64,000 bases of DNA, taken from the sequence record NC_061447.1; one strand, 5' to 3'. Of the stretch, positions 63,901 to 64,000 are shown piece after piece (position 1 is the first letter of the stretch; each line of letters opens with the position of its first letter). The notes beneath the pieces were generated by a model, which saw nothing but the letters and a program-made list of their open reading frames with translations, made no database searches and had not been told where the DNA came from. Position numbers and translations under genes: made by a program.

Positions 63901-63957
63901 TGCTCTCCTGAGGACGAAGAAGACGAGTCCGCAGAAGACGAAGGCGACGACGAGTAA
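60946..63957 (+). CDS. very large acidic protein (1003 aa) with repeated HeH/SAP-like modules
   Basis: GAGGAG RBS; D/E tracts separating helical modules; globular N- and C-terminal regions. Confidence 0.85.
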   Translation: MSNNNLGAAATFGSETQRQIADEQRRANSSESGHINKCTIVVLTSLNAHGRFSYMSASEQLHEKQIEGKVMDRLPNLIERASGPSTDQNSAYYILHPNNGVPTRIDERIKVGEGDAVIVSYTVNKAVSEMHGSLSLALFSAGETDLADLAAEFGVHSISIVEESKAGPYIRALAAQVENLQTVNITSIDETDGAFDKAVIDYSALPANPVTVLSGAVRTFIMQTIGGEIVAAIPNNGELNVKQPTNATPVNLNEDFDAEDEVVDQNEGSEEEVAAGTDLFGYKAETLSVEQMSEALEAIGYTLDAMNEDGIRESFETEQAIWLEKSESGDDSADDSAEDEEEEEEDGEEEDFDAVQFLASVLVAEELDRAGLKVLIRTQDIPVMKKDTVETLTAKLLEVVEGATEQEMIELLNTFVGALQEHEIACPNMLAALSSDEEDEEDEEESDEEESEEDESEDSEEEDEDEDEVQHQIDAVTDPLDYFQFAGGMLTAEQRAAAVTAMGEDASTMTIVQVMKAFTRIQGQANEEVEAEEVETSNAEQVVELLRQYDDATIQHVAESLGILVDECETADEMIEAIINGGSEDDFAAVEEIATNYGVDLSEIADEDGLSFVDALLAVLPEFLADDESADQEDEGESDEEAEDEEGDFVDDEEEDEEDSAEQAAESETNDHLKFVKDVDTTNSVGPMLSVDMDQTLIINFTLTDGNTYGPIESELSDVGGFNYRYPFNLGKPGKAPGSMHLPAQSILDILERVGTTRFLANPKTFDIETWAESLEQTIKQDLDANLYAGRIEDGMDPTEAGLIVGDFIDEEEMAQAAEMGYLDEDGLDEMQGDHLPLASLYSAKSRVRPVQVDTAHVALHTTVMNVAVPGFWGDSEVSRLVQAAVNRVISLAETVEGIKVYAGFTMESAALLNNDRLFEALTALRAMENVQSYSAADAANFDDAEDVIEVASALDSRDLPLAVLSGGLAAATFDNGGDLTVLVLCSPEDEEDESAEDEGDDE

Positions 63958-63970
63958 TATCGTCTGATTG

Positions 63971-64000
63971 AGCGGCTCGAAAGGGCCGCTTACTTTTCTT
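63971..64000 (+). terminator. intrinsic terminator
   Basis: AGCGGCTC-GAAA-GGGCCGCT + TACTTTTCTT. Confidence 0.85.

Noticed and set aside
1-64000. Prophage, integrative element or transposon
   Set aside because: No integrase, transposase, att-like repeats or host housekeeping genes; uniform phage-style gene packing throughout.

Overview
This window is a gene-dense segment of a large lytic (jumbo) phage genome with an enterobacterial host. Gene content resembles the Erwinia/Dickeya Y3/JA11/AD1-type myoviruses; this is inference and no search was run. About 100 genes lie on the + strand, with only the primase and a coupled 59-aa ORF on the - strand. The left ~15 kb holds an Ig-repeat structural protein and a replication/transcription block: primase, Cas4-like nuclease, Acb1/57B-like 2H phosphoesterase, sigma-70-like factor, gp32-like SSB, and RecA carrying a 344-aa intein. 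The rest is an accessory/host-takeover region with an AcrVA2/FinQ-like protein, a DUF6939 (NADAR-like) protein, Tpt1/KptA, a GNAT, an XRE-HTH, a radical SAM enzyme with a fused Cys-rich peptide-like tail, YbiI/DksA, UvsE, dUTPase, a lytic transglycosylase, an HD hydrolase and several very acidic proteins. The most striking non-coding signal is a 10-copy promoter family: a conserved upstream box sits 29-30 bp before an extended -10, with no -35 consensus. There is also a second motif (CTGTAAATA) and a highly structured ~200-nt leader containing a tRNA T-arm mimic. No CRISPR array, rRNA, canonical tRNA or transposon was seen. Family assignments come from recalled motifs and need HMM or structure confirmation.
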